A stretch of 25,064 nucleotides of DNA from a virus (lineage: Duplodnaviria; Caudoviricetes). Position 1 is the first letter of the stretch. Every line of letters starts with the position of its first letter. The translations under genes were made by a program, and so were the position numbers. Below are positions 1 through 9,496 of this stretch, piece after piece. The stretch lies in IMG/VR virus record IMGVR_UViG_3300032233_001855, positions 1-25,064 of that record. One strand, given 5' to 3'. A model generated the notes under the pieces. The model did not search any database, was not told where the DNA came from, and saw only the letters and a program-made list of their open reading frames with translations.

Positions 1-87
1 ATCGCGGGACAGTCCACCTTGCCCCAGGAGGCCCGGAATGCCTTGGCAAGGGCCACTGGGGTGACGTTGCCTGCACTGCCTGCCTGA
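1..87 (+). CDS. 3' end of a gene running into the window, probably the portal protein
   Basis: Frame 1 is open from base 1 to TGA at 85-87 (IAGQSTLPQEARNALARATGVTLPALPA*). The product call rests only on its position upstream of the prohead protease. Confidence 0.4.
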   Translation: MAGQSTLPQEARNALARATGVTLPALPA

Positions 88-109
88 TTGACCATAAAGG
101 AGTACTGTG

Positions 110-829
110 ATGAGCCGACGTATTGAAACCCATCTCGCTTCGACGACGTTTGAGGTTCGAGGTATTGATGATGGACCCCGGCAGATCGTCGGGTACGCGG
201 CTGTCTTCAACTCTCCAACGACCATCAGGGGGGCATTCGGGGATTACACGGAGAGGATCCGTGCCGGCGCGTTTTCCAAGACGATCCAGGAAGCGGACGT
301 GCGCGCACTGTTCAACCACAACGAGAACTTCGTATTGGGGCGGAACAAGGCAGGAACATTGCGCCTATCGGAAGACGCAATTGGCCTGCGCATGGAGATC
401 GACCTGCCTGATACCTCGTACGCACGGGACCTCATGGCATCCATGAGCCGGGGTGACATCAACCAATCATCGTTCGCGTTCTCCCCAATCACGCAGGAAT
501 GGCAGCGCGCACAAAGCATTGACCAAGTTGATGAGCGCACTCTTAACGAAGTCAGGTTGTATGATGTCAGTGTCGTGACGTATCCGGCGTATCCTGACAC
601 CACCTCGGCCGTCAGGCAAGCGGCATTCGACCCACTCGCAATGCGGGCACTGGCGCGGTTTGAACGCGTCCAAGAACTCAATGTGGATGATGTCGAGGCG
701 TTGCGGCAATTGGTGCGATCAATCGAGACCAGCTTGGGGCCGGTGACCCACCCCGAATCGGAGCCGCCTAGCGGGCACTCCCTGGAATTGTTGCGACGCA
801 AGTTGGCAATTCTTGAGAAGGAAATCTAG
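110..829 (+). CDS. HK97-family prohead protease
   Basis: Motifs IVGYAAVFN, GAF, ALFNH, LGR..AGTLRL.ED..GL, SFAF, DVSVVTYPAY. AAGGAG at 97-102 precedes ATG 110 (GTG 107 is an alternative start). Confidence 0.95.
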   Translation: MSRRIETHLASTTFEVRGIDDGPRQIVGYAAVFNSPTTIRGAFGDYTERIRAGAFSKTIQEADVRALFNHNENFVLGRNKAGTLRLSEDAIGLRMEIDLPDTSYARDLMASMSRGDINQSSFAFSPITQEWQRAQSIDQVDERTLNEVRLYDVSVVTYPAYPDTTSAVRQAAFDPLAMRALARFERVQELNVDDVEALRQLVRSIETSLGPVTHPESEPPSGHSLELLRRKLAILEKEI

Positions 830-831
830 CA

Positions 832-2076
832 ATGGTTAGTTCAGTGGAACTGCGTCAGGAGCGTCGATCGCTCGTGGAGCAGATGCGTTCACTCGTTTCC
901 CGCGCCGAAGCGGAGAAGCGTGGCCTCGACGGTCTTGAGACCGAGCAGTGGGAGAAGCTTGACACTGCTTCCAATGCGCTTGATTCGCGCATCGAGCGCC
1001 TTGAGCGTGTTGAGCGGGATTCATACGCCGACATCCCGGAGGCACGTGCAGCGTCGCGCGAGATTGCTTCCGCGCCCCCTCGCGTTGATGACGAACTGCG
1101 CGACATCGCGTTTGGCAAGTACCTGCGCAACGGCATGCAGGCGCTGCTCCCCGAGGAGCGCAACATACTCGCATCCGGGTACCAGGCATTTCCCGAAACC
1201 CGTGCCCTCTCGGTGGGAACCGATAGTGCCGGCGGGTACACGGTCTCCAAGATCTTTGATACCACTGTGCAGACCAGCATGCTTGCCTATGGTGGCATGA
1301 TGAATGTGGCGACGCGGATTCCAACCGCGACGGGCGGACAGTTGCTCATTCCCACTTCCGATGACACTGGCAACGTCGGCGCGATTCTGTCGGAAAATTC
1401 GCAGGTTTCGGAACAGGATGTGTCTTTCGGCCAGACGACCATTGATACGTATACGTACAGTTCCAAGCTCATCCGGGTTTCGTTCCAGCTTTTGCAGGAT
1501 GCGTTCTTTCCCTTGGAGACTTGGCTGGCGGAACGTCTTGGTGAGCGTCTCGGACGCATCATGAACACTCATTTCACGACGGGTGACGGATCCTCGAAGC
1601 CCTACGGTATCGTCACTGGCGCGTCACTGGGCAAGACCGGTGCTGCCGGCCAGACGACCACCATCATCTACAACGACCTGGTGGATCTGGAACACAGCAT
1701 CGATCCTTCGTACCGTGTCGGTTCAGCGTTCATGATGTCGGATGCTGCACTCAAGACCCTGAAGAAGCTGGTTGACGGCCAGTCGAGGCCGCTTTGGCAG
1801 CCGGGTCTCACCGTTGGCGAACCCAGCACGATCCTCGGATATCCGTACTACATCAACCAGGATGTTGCTGTTCCGGCCGCTTCGGCGAAGAGCCTGCTCT
1901 TCGGGCGTCTGGAGAAGTACTACTGGCGCGATGTGCAGGGCATTCAGGTCATGCGTCTCTCCGAGAGGTACAGCGATTACCTTCAGACGGGGTTCATGGC
2001 ATTTGCACGCGGCGGAGGTCGATTGATCGATGCCGGTACCGATCCTGTCAAGTACTACCAGCACCCCGCGTCCTAA
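832..2076 (+). CDS. HK97-fold major capsid protein
   Basis: N-terminal coiled-coil delta domain, then AGGYTV, S.QLLQD, GDGSSKPYGI, D...RPLWQ, ILGYPY. Directly follows the protease. Confidence 0.96.
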   Translation: MVSSVELRQERRSLVEQMRSLVSRAEAEKRGLDGLETEQWEKLDTASNALDSRIERLERVERDSYADIPEARAASREIASAPPRVDDELRDIAFGKYLRNGMQALLPEERNILASGYQAFPETRALSVGTDSAGGYTVSKIFDTTVQTSMLAYGGMMNVATRIPTATGGQLLIPTSDDTGNVGAILSENSQVSEQDVSFGQTTIDTYTYSSKLIRVSFQLLQDAFFPLETWLAERLGERLGRIMNTHFTTGDGSSKPYGIVTGASLGKTGAAGQTTTIIYNDLVDLEHSIDPSYRVGSAFMMSDAALKTLKKLVDGQSRPLWQPGLTVGEPSTILGYPYYINQDVAVPAASAKSLLFGRLEKYYWRDVQGIQVMRLSERYSDYLQTGFMAFARGGGRLIDAGTDPVKYYQHPAS

Positions 2077-2080
2077 CCCT

Positions 2081-2103
2081 TGGGGAGGGTCTGACCCTCC
2101 CCA
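2081..2103 (+). terminator. Stem-loop after the capsid gene (weak terminator or mRNA stabiliser)
   Basis: TGGGGAGGGTC-T-GACCCTCCCCA is a perfect inverted repeat, followed only by TTCTT. Confidence 0.6.
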
Positions 2104-2124
2104 TTCTTCACTTCGGAGGTTGGA

Positions 2125-2355
2125 ATGGTCACCATCAAGATGCTCGTTTCAATGGCTGGACCGGATGTGTCCTACACACCGGGCCATCTCTACGAAGTGA
2201 CCGAGGTGATTGCGCTGGCATGGAAGGAGGCGGGTATTGCCATACCCGTCTCCGACACTGCGCCAGTTGAGTCGGAAGGCCCTGCAATCGACGTGGAGAC
2301 CGCTAGCGCCCCCGAAGCGCCCGAACGTGCTGCACGGGTTCGGCGTCCACGCTGA
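2125..2355 (+). CDS. Small hypothetical head-associated protein
   Basis: GGAGG RBS; acidic/Pro linker and basic tail; typical position after the capsid gene; TGATG overlap with the next gene. Confidence 0.7.
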   Translation: MVTIKMLVSMAGPDVSYTPGHLYEVTEVIALAWKEAGIAIPVSDTAPVESEGPAIDVETASAPEAPERAARVRRPR

Positions 2356-3200
2356 TGCCGGCAGTTCCGCACTGGTACGCATCCCTCGCGCAGGTGAAGC
2401 GTCAACTGCGCATCTCTGACACGACGGATGACGAGGTACTGAAGACCACGATATCGAACGTCTCTCGGCAGATCGACCAGTTCTGCGATCGACACTTCTT
2501 CCCGATCGTTGCGATCAAGTTTTTTGAGACCGATGACTACTCCGAGCTGTCGATACCCGGCGAAGACCTCCTTTCTGTCACGACCCTTGAGGTAGATCAG
2601 GACGATGACGGGACGTACGAAGAATCCTGGGCATCGAACACCTACGTTCTGTGCCCTCGGAACGCTGCGACGGAATATCCTTCCCGCCCGTATTGGGAAG
2701 TCGAGGTTCCCTTGCGCAACACCAACTACTTCCCGGTTGCCGGGGAATACCCCATCAAGATCACGGGTCTTTGGGGCTACTACAACCAGTTGACGGCGAC
2801 CACCACGGTTCATGCGTCAATCAACAGCAGCGCGACATCGATCGCGCTGCACAATGCGAATACCCTGCTTGAAGTCGGGCAAACGATCCTCATTGACTCC
2901 GAGCAGATGTTTATCACGGATATCTCGGGCATCAACGTGACGGTGACGCGTGCCTGCAATGGCACGACCGGGGCATCTCATGCGGTCGATGCGGTCGTAT
3001 CGACGTATACGTACCCCGTCATCGGGGAAGCTGCGACCCACCAAGCGGTACTGGCCTACCGGCAGACCACCAACCCCTATGGGACGGTCGGTGTCGGGGA
3101 AGTGCTGACGGAACCCCGGGTGATGACCGCTGCCGGTTTGCATCCTTTCGTGCGGGGAATGATCGCACCGTTCAAGCGGTTGCGATACGACGGCGTCTGA
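2355..3200 (+). CDS. Head-tail connector (gp6/gp15-like) with an inserted beta-rich domain
   Basis: YASLAQVKRQLRI..DDEVL..SRQIDQFCDRHF N-terminus; ITGLWGY; C-terminal VRGMIAPFKR. Confidence 0.8.
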   Translation: MPAVPHWYASLAQVKRQLRISDTTDDEVLKTTISNVSRQIDQFCDRHFFPIVAIKFFETDDYSELSIPGEDLLSVTTLEVDQDDDGTYEESWASNTYVLCPRNAATEYPSRPYWEVEVPLRNTNYFPVAGEYPIKITGLWGYYNQLTATTTVHASINSSATSIALHNANTLLEVGQTILIDSEQMFITDISGINVTVTRACNGTTGASHAVDAVVSTYTYPVIGEAATHQAVLAYRQTTNPYGTVGVGEVLTEPRVMTAAGLHPFVRGMIAPFKRLRYDGV

Positions 3201-3811
3201 TGGCGGCAATCACGCTCGGCCGGCCAATCAATGCGAGGGCGACCGGACCCCGAGGGTTCGGGCGCGCAACTGCGTCGCGTCTGAGCAAAACCAGCGTGAG
3301 CGTTCTTGGGCACCTCAAGATCATTGAGAAACTGAACAACCAGAAATTCTGGGTTGTGCCGACCAAGGAGACCATGCTCTTGCTTCAGAATTATTCGTTC
3401 AACCTGGCAAAGAAGCGTTCACCGCGTCTTACCGGTGACGCGAAGGGCAAGATCACGAAAAGCACCGACAAGGCAATCACCCCGAAGTTCGCAGACGTGA
3501 TCCTCAAGCCATCCTTGGCGAAGTCTGACGGCACGTTCCGCTACTCGTTCGCGCTTGATGCTGCACGCCGGCGCGCCCCGAAGGGAATGTCGGGCAAGGG
3601 TGAGTTCGCAAGGGTCCGGCGCACCAAGTTGACCAAGACCAAACGGATCCGGGTGACGAACAAGAATGCGCCCTACAAGTACCGTTCGACGAGTTTCAAG
3701 GGACAGAAGACGTTCAACTGGTTCCACGGTACATCCAAGCTGACGGCCAAGCAATTGAGGACCGGCGTGATGCAGATGGCGCACAAGATCCAGTCTGCGT
3801 GGTCTGCCTGA
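3200..3811 (+). CDS. Neck/tail-completion protein (HK97 gp10-like), very basic
   Basis: AKKRSPRLTG resembles the gp10 A...P..TG motif; position; TGATG coupling. Confidence 0.55.
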   Translation: MAAITLGRPINARATGPRGFGRATASRLSKTSVSVLGHLKIIEKLNNQKFWVVPTKETMLLLQNYSFNLAKKRSPRLTGDAKGKITKSTDKAITPKFADVILKPSLAKSDGTFRYSFALDAARRRAPKGMSGKGEFARVRRTKLTKTKRIRVTNKNAPYKYRSTSFKGQKTFNWFHGTSKLTAKQLRTGVMQMAHKIQSAWSA

Positions 3812-3812
3812 C

Positions 3813-4283
3813 ATGGCTCATCCGGTTGTCGCCTCGATGGCTGCACTCGCGCGGTGGTTGCGCCTTGAAGCGGATCTCTCCACGTTTGCCGGCGACGTTT
3901 GGGACGTGCCACCCGATAACCTCCCCCGCGTGCCGGCAATCGTGATCCTCTGGGATAGCGAGGCGGCCTCGGAGTTCGATGGGCAGGGTGACGTACCGGT
4001 CACGAGGCAGTACCTCGATGAGACGTTCGAGGTTCGCATCTTCTCTGATGCCCCGGATGCGGTGCGCGCACAGGTGCAAGTACTGAACGCGATCGATGGG
4101 GTCCGCAAGGCGGTCAACGCCCACCAGACCCTCAAGGATGCAAGTGGCATCTCAACGTGCCTCGTGTGCCGATACGATGGGGCCAAGCAGGAACCGGTAG
4201 AATATGGCGACCGCGGTGATATACCGGGAGCTACGGTTACGCTACGTTGTCTGATTGACGTTGCAGGTAATTTTGGCGGATAA
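3813..4283 (+). CDS. Probable tail terminator protein
   Basis: Size and position before the tail tube; P...PAIVI pattern and alternating beta strands. Confidence 0.55.
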   Translation: MAHPVVASMAALARWLRLEADLSTFAGDVWDVPPDNLPRVPAIVILWDSEAASEFDGQGDVPVTRQYLDETFEVRIFSDAPDAVRAQVQVLNAIDGVRKAVNAHQTLKDASGISTCLVCRYDGAKQEPVEYGDRGDIPGATVTLRCLIDVAGNFGG

Positions 4284-4293
4284 TGGAGGCAAC

Positions 4294-4506
4294 ATGATCT
4301 TGATTGAAACTGTGGACGAAGCAGTCCAAGTGTCGATTGGTGCGCGGACCTGGATTGGTCACACCGGAGGCATTGAAGTGGACGATGATCATGCTGCCGA
4401 GGTTCGGAATGCGCTCCACCTCGCCGGTCAACTGTATGTCGAGGATGACGGAGACCCCGTCGAACCCCCGGTGATCGTGGAGGACCCGAACAATGGCTCT
4501 GTCTAA
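4294..4506 (+). CDS. Small acidic hypothetical protein
   Basis: GGAGG precedes ATG 4294 ([11 protein letters not shown]...); fills the gap between structural genes. Confidence 0.65.
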   Translation: MILIETVDEAVQVSIGARTWIGHTGGIEVDDDHAAEVRNALHLAGQLYVEDDGDPVEPPVIVEDPNNGSV

Positions 4507-5623
4507 TGCAGTAAAGGCGAAATTCGCCAAAGAGACGACGTGGGGCACTGCGGTCACTCCGACCGTCATGCTCCCGTTCACTACGTTCACCGCCGATCCC
4601 GAGTTGGACGAGATCATTGACGACGCCACCCGTGGCGACGCATCGATGGATTACGCCACCTATGCGGGCATGGGTCGTTCGAATGTCGAGATCGAGTCGA
4701 ACGCCTATCCGGTCGAAGTCGGGCACTTTCTCTACGGCATCATGGGGTCCTCGACCTATACCGCAGCCGCTTCTCAGGCGGTCGTGACCGGTTCGATCGC
4801 GACAACGACCCTGACGGTCACCGCGGTCACATCGGGCGTGCTTCGTACCGGACAGGTGCTGACTGGCACCGGGGTCACCGCGGGCACGACCATCACCGCC
4901 TACATCTCCGGGCAGGGTGGCGCTGGGACCTATACCGTCAGTGCAAGCCAGACGGTCACCAGTACCACCATCACTGCTGCTGGTGGCACGCACGTGATTG
5001 CGGTTGCCAATTCGGTGCCTTCGTTCACCTTCCAGAACGATGACCCGGTACAAGCGCGCACGGTTGCCGGATGCCAGGTCTCTTCCTTCGGGATCCGCTT
5101 TGCACGCGCCGAGGGAATGCTGACGTTCAACGCGAAGATGATGGGCAAGCTTCCGACCACGGTAACGGCAACGACGATCGCTGATGCGTCCGGGAAGCCA
5201 TTCATTGGCTGGAGCGGGGTATTCACGGTTGCCGGTACGGCCACTGCGTCACTCATCTCAGGTGAACTGACTTGGGAGCGGTCCCAGGAAGCATCGCCAC
5301 ACGCAAACAACTCGCAGGATATGGCGCGTCTGGACACTGGACGGATCCGGTACACCGGTTCACTCGTCCTTGATGCCGGAACGGACAATCTTGCCAAGTA
5401 CCTCGCAGCGACGCGGGAATCTGTCCAGATTGCGTTCACCAACGCGGATGGCGACTCGATCACCGTGCTGTCAACCGATACAAGCTATCTGCGTGAGAGC
5501 ATGACGCGTGACATGGGCGCGAACGCAATCCGAAATAACCTCGGATTCCGTGGCGTACGGAATTCCACCGATGGTGGCCCTTGCAAGATCACGCTTGTGA
5601 ATGGTCGCAGCAGCGCCTACTAG
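4493..5623 (+). CDS. Major tail tube protein with an internal Thr/Gly-rich domain
   Basis: [13 protein letters not shown] start, PSFT, GCQVSS, terminal ITLVN..Y; lies just before the chaperone and tape measure genes. Confidence 0.85.
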   Translation: MALSNAVKAKFAKETTWGTAVTPTVMLPFTTFTADPELDEIIDDATRGDASMDYATYAGMGRSNVEIESNAYPVEVGHFLYGIMGSSTYTAAASQAVVTGSIATTTLTVTAVTSGVLRTGQVLTGTGVTAGTTITAYISGQGGAGTYTVSASQTVTSTTITAAGGTHVIAVANSVPSFTFQNDDPVQARTVAGCQVSSFGIRFARAEGMLTFNAKMMGKLPTTVTATTIADASGKPFIGWSGVFTVAGTATASLISGELTWERSQEASPHANNSQDMARLDTGRIRYTGSLVLDAGTDNLAKYLAATRESVQIAFTNADGDSITVLSTDTSYLRESMTRDMGANAIRNNLGFRGVRNSTDGGPCKITLVNGRSSAY

Positions 5624-5631
5624 GAGGGTTT

Positions 5632-5961
5632 GTGACAAACCGCTACGGAAAGACGATCACGGTAACGCTTGACGAGTTCGGTGCTGCTGGGGAGTGGATC
5701 GAGATCACCAACCCGATGTGGTTGAAGCAGAAGGATCTCGCGAAGCTCCAGGGCGCGGAGAATGACCCCGAGGTGATGGCTGGCTGGATTGCCAGTCTGA
5801 TCCACGAGTGGAATGTCACCGATGTCGATGGGGTCGCCGTGCCGTCGATTAAGGACGATCTAGAGAACATCAACGAACTCCCCTTGATTGTCGTCCGCAA
5901 GCTTGGGGAAGTCATCAGGGACGCGCTTCAGGTCCCTTTAGGGACAGCGACGCCCTCATAG
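5632..5961 (+). CDS. Tail assembly chaperone (gpG-like)
   Basis: AGGAGG precedes GTG 5632; I.EWNV.D.DG motif; lies between tail tube and tape measure. Confidence 0.85.
   Translation: MTNRYGKTITVTLDEFGAAGEWIEITNPMWLKQKDLAKLQGAENDPEVMAGWIASLIHEWNVTDVDGVAVPSIKDDLENINELPLIVVRKLGEVIRDALQVPLGTATPS
5934..5940 (+). other. -1 ribosomal frameshift slippery heptamer C CCT TTA
   Basis: X XXY YYZ in the correct phase near the end of the chaperone gene; the -1 frame stays open to 6146. Confidence 0.85.
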
Positions 5962-6146
5962 CGTGGGCGCACGGCACGTCGTCCAATGTGCCGTGGTGGA
6001 CGGAGGACGTTGCACTAGCCGAGCAGTTCCACTGGTCACTTGAGTACGTGACAAACCTGCCACCCTACTGGCGGGCACGTATCAGGTTGTGGAACGAGGC
6101 GAAAGCTGAGGCACAAGAAGTGCAGGCGCGGAAGGCGAAGAAGTAG
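5940..6146 (+). CDS. Frameshift extension of the chaperone (gpT-like part of gpGT)
   Basis: The -1 frame reads RDSDALIAWAHG...LAEQFHWSLEYVTNLP...ARKAKK* (68 aa); its TAG overlaps the tape measure GTG. Absent from the ORF track. Confidence 0.85.
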   Translation, partial: RDSDALIAWAHGTSSNVPWWTEDVALAEQFHWSLEYVTNLPPYWRARIRLWNEAKAEAQEVQARKAKK

Positions 6147-9100
6147 TGGCATCTGAGGTCCTGCGGATTCGCATCCGGGCGGACAGTGGGAACACCGCTG
6201 CCGTCTTCAACGACATTTCGCGCAATATCCTCGGCATGACGGTCGGCGCTGCCGGTGCCCGGTCCGGGATGATGGGTCTCGGTGCTGCACTCTCCGGGGC
6301 GCAGATCACCGGTCGCCTAGCCGCTGCGATGTTCGGGGCCGCTGCATACGGTGTCTACTCGATGGGTAGCGCCATGATTCAGGCAGCCGGCGCGCAGGAT
6401 CAATTCCGCGTCTCCATGACGGCCCTGCTCAAGGATACCGCCAAGGTCGATCAGGTTACCTCTGCGGTCAAGCGGTTCGCTGATGCGACAAGTTTTTCCA
6501 ACGAGGCGGTATTCCAGGTTGCGCAAAACCTCGTGGCGGCGAAGGTTCCCCTTAGCAACCTGATACCGACCCTCCAGATGCTCGGGGATGTCTCCCTTGG
6601 CAATGCCGAGAAGTTCTCGGGTATTGCGACGGCGTGGTACCAGATCATCGCCAAGGGCAAGTTGACTGCCGAGGAAATCAACCAGATTGCCGAGCGTGGC
6701 GTATCGGTGTGGTCGATCCTTGCGGAAGAGACCGGCAAGAGCGTCCCGGAGCTTCAGAAACTGGCGGAAGCCGGGAAGCTCACGGTTGATGCCTACATGC
6801 CGATCCTCCAGCGAGGATTGGCGAAGAACTATGCCGGCAGCCTCAAGGAAGCATCGAACCTTTCGATGAACCTTCTGGTGAACATCACCAAGTCGATTAC
6901 CAACTTCGCCTCTGCGATTGGCAAGGGACTTGAGGATACGGTCAATCCGTTCCTTCAGTTCCTGGCACAGGCGTTCCAGCGTGCTGCGCTGTATGCCGAG
7001 GCATTGACGCGGAGTGCGATCTGGGCGCGATTCACCCAGAGCCTGCAAGCTGCTGCCGAGGCACTTGCGCCCATCATCAAGGGCATCGGGGTTGCCGGGT
7101 TCATCGGCCTGATACGGGTCGTTCAGATCCTGACCCCGTTGATGTACTTCTTTGCTGCTGCGCTTCGTGGCATCGCATTCGCTGCCGTCCAGGCGATGCA
7201 GTTCCTGAAGCCACTCATGGATACGTTCAGGAGAATTGCCACACAAATCAAGGCGCTGGACTGGCAGGGTCTCTGGACATCCATCAAGACGCAGAGCAGC
7301 GACATCGGAAAGAAGATCGGGACGCTGCTGCTCGAAACGATCTCGATCGCTTGGGACGAGTTCCGGAAGAACCTTGCACCAGAACTCTCGACGCTTGCGA
7401 AGGAAATACTTGATGGCATCGGCAAGGCAATTGCCGATCACCCGAAAGAAGTTTTCACGGCAGCAGTCATTGCTTGGTTCCTCGCCGGAATGCGTGGACT
7501 GCCTGGAGGAATCTCCGGCCAATTGAACTGGGGAACCATCATTGCTGGAATGTTCGCCACTGCGGACATACAGACCGGCATTGAGAGTATGGATTTCGGG
7601 TTGGTGGCGCAGGGAGTCGCGACGGCGATTGCCGCTGGTTTCTTGAACGTGCGTCTTGGTCCGGCCGCTGCACTTCTTGGGGCATTGTTGCTGAGAACCG
7701 TCGTGCAGGACGTGCGCCAGTCGTTTGCGGAGAAGGATTGGCCTGGGTTCTGGTCGGACATACTTGCAATTATCGGGGCAGGAATTGCGCTTGCATCGGG
7801 AGCGCCGCTTGTCGCCGGATTGGCATTGGCACTCGGGCCAGGGTTTGTTGAGGAAGTTTTCCTGAAAATCAAGGAAGACATACAAAAGTATGACTTTGGA
7901 AGTTTGGAACTGCTCATTTTTGGCGTCATAAGCGGTGTCTTCGCCACCGTGTTTCTTGGCCTGCCTGCTGCGATTGGAGCCGCAGTCGGCACCGTTGTCG
8001 GATTGATTGCGTTGCGTATCACGCGCGGGCTACAAGGGTTGCTGACCGGACAGGGCATCGATTGGCGAGAATTGTTCAGCGGTGTGCTTGCGTTAGTTGT
8101 TGGTGGTTTGCTTCTGGTCTTCACGGGCTTGCCGGTCATCGTCGTCGCTGGGATTGCGGGGGCGTTGGTCGTGTTCGGTCCCGCGATCTATGATGCATTA
8201 GCAGCCGGTTTCACTTGGTCAATGGAGAAAATACAAGGGTATTGGCAGAGTTTGACTGAGCGAGCAAAGACGTGGATGAAGGCAGGGGTCATTGCTTGGG
8301 TGGGCGAAGCCATTAGCATCGGCTTGCTTGCAGCAGTCGGCGTCATTAGCTTGCCTATGGCGGGACTCGCTGCCATAGGCGCTGCGATCGTCACCGGCCT
8401 CATCCTTGGATTGCAATACTTCCAACCGAACATCTTCAAATGGATTGCTGATTTCTTCCGTTCCTTCATGGAGACCATCAAGCGGTACTACGGAATAGAA
8501 TCCCCATCAACCGTCATGGCTGAGGTCGGTCAATCCATCGTCGAGGGGCTATACCTTGGTCTTGTTGACGGACTTGCTGCCGGGTGGGACTCGATGACGG
8601 CATCATTCCAGTCATGGGTCGATGACGTAGGCATCTGGTTTGAGGACTGGAAGACCAAGGTCTTCACGGTCTCCATGTATGCCCTGTTCTCGGCGCAAGG
8701 ATTGATCGACGCCATCGGCACGGGATTCCAGCACACCTGGGACATGGCAAAGCTGGCCGTGCAAAGCACCCTTGATGGAGTCATCACGTGGTTCCGTTCA
8801 TGGGCGACCGGCGAAGGTGGCTTCGCAACCAAGCTGCTTGAGTTCTTCTCTCAACCTGACTCAATGACCAAGGGCATCGAGGCGATGTGGAACGGGGCGA
8901 AGAGCCTCGTTTCCAGCACGCTCGATTCCATCATTGAGTATTTCCGCTCATGGTCCACCGGGGACTTTGCCAAGAAGTTGCAGGATTTCTTCGGTGCCGA
9001 TGTGATCTCCAATGCCATCAAGAATGGGTTGAAGGCGGCTTGGGAGGGTGCGAAGTCCGTCCTAGGCGGATTCGTCACGGACGCCAAGAACGCGGTATCC

Positions 9101-9496
9101 AATGCCTTCTCCGGCATGACTGGCGGCGGTGGTGGCGGTGGAGGAGGGGGCGGTGGTGGTGCTGGTGGTGGAACTACTGACCAATGGGGTACTTACAATT
9201 ACAAAGTAAATACCGAAGGGCAGGACGCTGCGGATCGTTGGCGTGCGAGCCAAGGCTTCGCTATGGGGGGTTCCTTCCGGGTCGGTGGGTCCGGCGGAAC
9301 AGATAGCCAACTCGTGCAGTTCCGTGCGTCACCAAACGAGACGGTAACCATCCGGCGACCCGATCAAGGTGGTGGCGGTCTGGTCATCCAGACGATGAAC
9401 GTCTACGCGGACAGCTACCAGGGTGGACAGGACGCGGCTCGGGCAATTCGCGATGCACTCGGGGGACAACGCAAGATGTTGTTCGCGACGACATAG
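6146..9496 (+). CDS. Tape measure protein
   Basis: 1116 aa; tape-measure domain (QIIAKGKLTAEEINQIAERG), GIESPS motif, Trp-periodic repeats, C-terminal FAMGGSFRVGGSGGTDS. Confidence 0.95.
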   Translation: MASEVLRIRIRADSGNTAAVFNDISRNILGMTVGAAGARSGMMGLGAALSGAQITGRLAAAMFGAAAYGVYSMGSAMIQAAGAQDQFRVSMTALLKDTAKVDQVTSAVKRFADATSFSNEAVFQVAQNLVAAKVPLSNLIPTLQMLGDVSLGNAEKFSGIATAWYQIIAKGKLTAEEINQIAERGVSVWSILAEETGKSVPELQKLAEAGKLTVDAYMPILQRGLAKNYAGSLKEASNLSMNLLVNITKSITNFASAIGKGLEDTVNPFLQFLAQAFQRAALYAEALTRSAIWARFTQSLQAAAEALAPIIKGIGVAGFIGLIRVVQILTPLMYFFAAALRGIAFAAVQAMQFLKPLMDTFRRIATQIKALDWQGLWTSIKTQSSDIGKKIGTLLLETISIAWDEFRKNLAPELSTLAKEILDGIGKAIADHPKEVFTAAVIAWFLAGMRGLPGGISGQLNWGTIIAGMFATADIQTGIESMDFGLVAQGVATAIAAGFLNVRLGPAAALLGALLLRTVVQDVRQSFAEKDWPGFWSDILAIIGAGIALASGAPLVAGLALALGPGFVEEVFLKIKEDIQKYDFGSLELLIFGVISGVFATVFLGLPAAIGAAVGTVVGLIALRITRGLQGLLTGQGIDWRELFSGVLALVVGGLLLVFTGLPVIVVAGIAGALVVFGPAIYDALAAGFTWSMEKIQGYWQSLTERAKTWMKAGVIAWVGEAISIGLLAAVGVISLPMAGLAAIGAAIVTGLILGLQYFQPNIFKWIADFFRSFMETIKRYYGIESPSTVMAEVGQSIVEGLYLGLVDGLAAGWDSMTASFQSWVDDVGIWFEDWKTKVFTVSMYALFSAQGLIDAIGTGFQHTWDMAKLAVQSTLDGVITWFRSWATGEGGFATKLLEFFSQPDSMTKGIEAMWNGAKSLVSSTLDSIIEYFRSWSTGDFAKKLQDFFGADVISNAIKNGLKAAWEGAKSVLGGFVTDAKNAVSNAFSGMTGGGGGGGGGGGGGAGGGTTDQWGTYNYKVNTEGQDAADRWRASQGFAMGGSFRVGGSGGTDSQLVQFRASPNETVTIRRPDQGGGGLVIQTMNVYADSYQGGQDAARAIRDALGGQRKMLFATT

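Noticed and set aside
3818-5053. 411-aa antisense ORF across the tail genes
   Set aside because: Arg/Gly-rich shadow of well-supported plus-strand genes.
6317-7885. 522-aa antisense ORF opposite the tape measure gene
   Set aside because: No recognisable motifs; long shadow ORFs are expected opposite high-GC3 genes.
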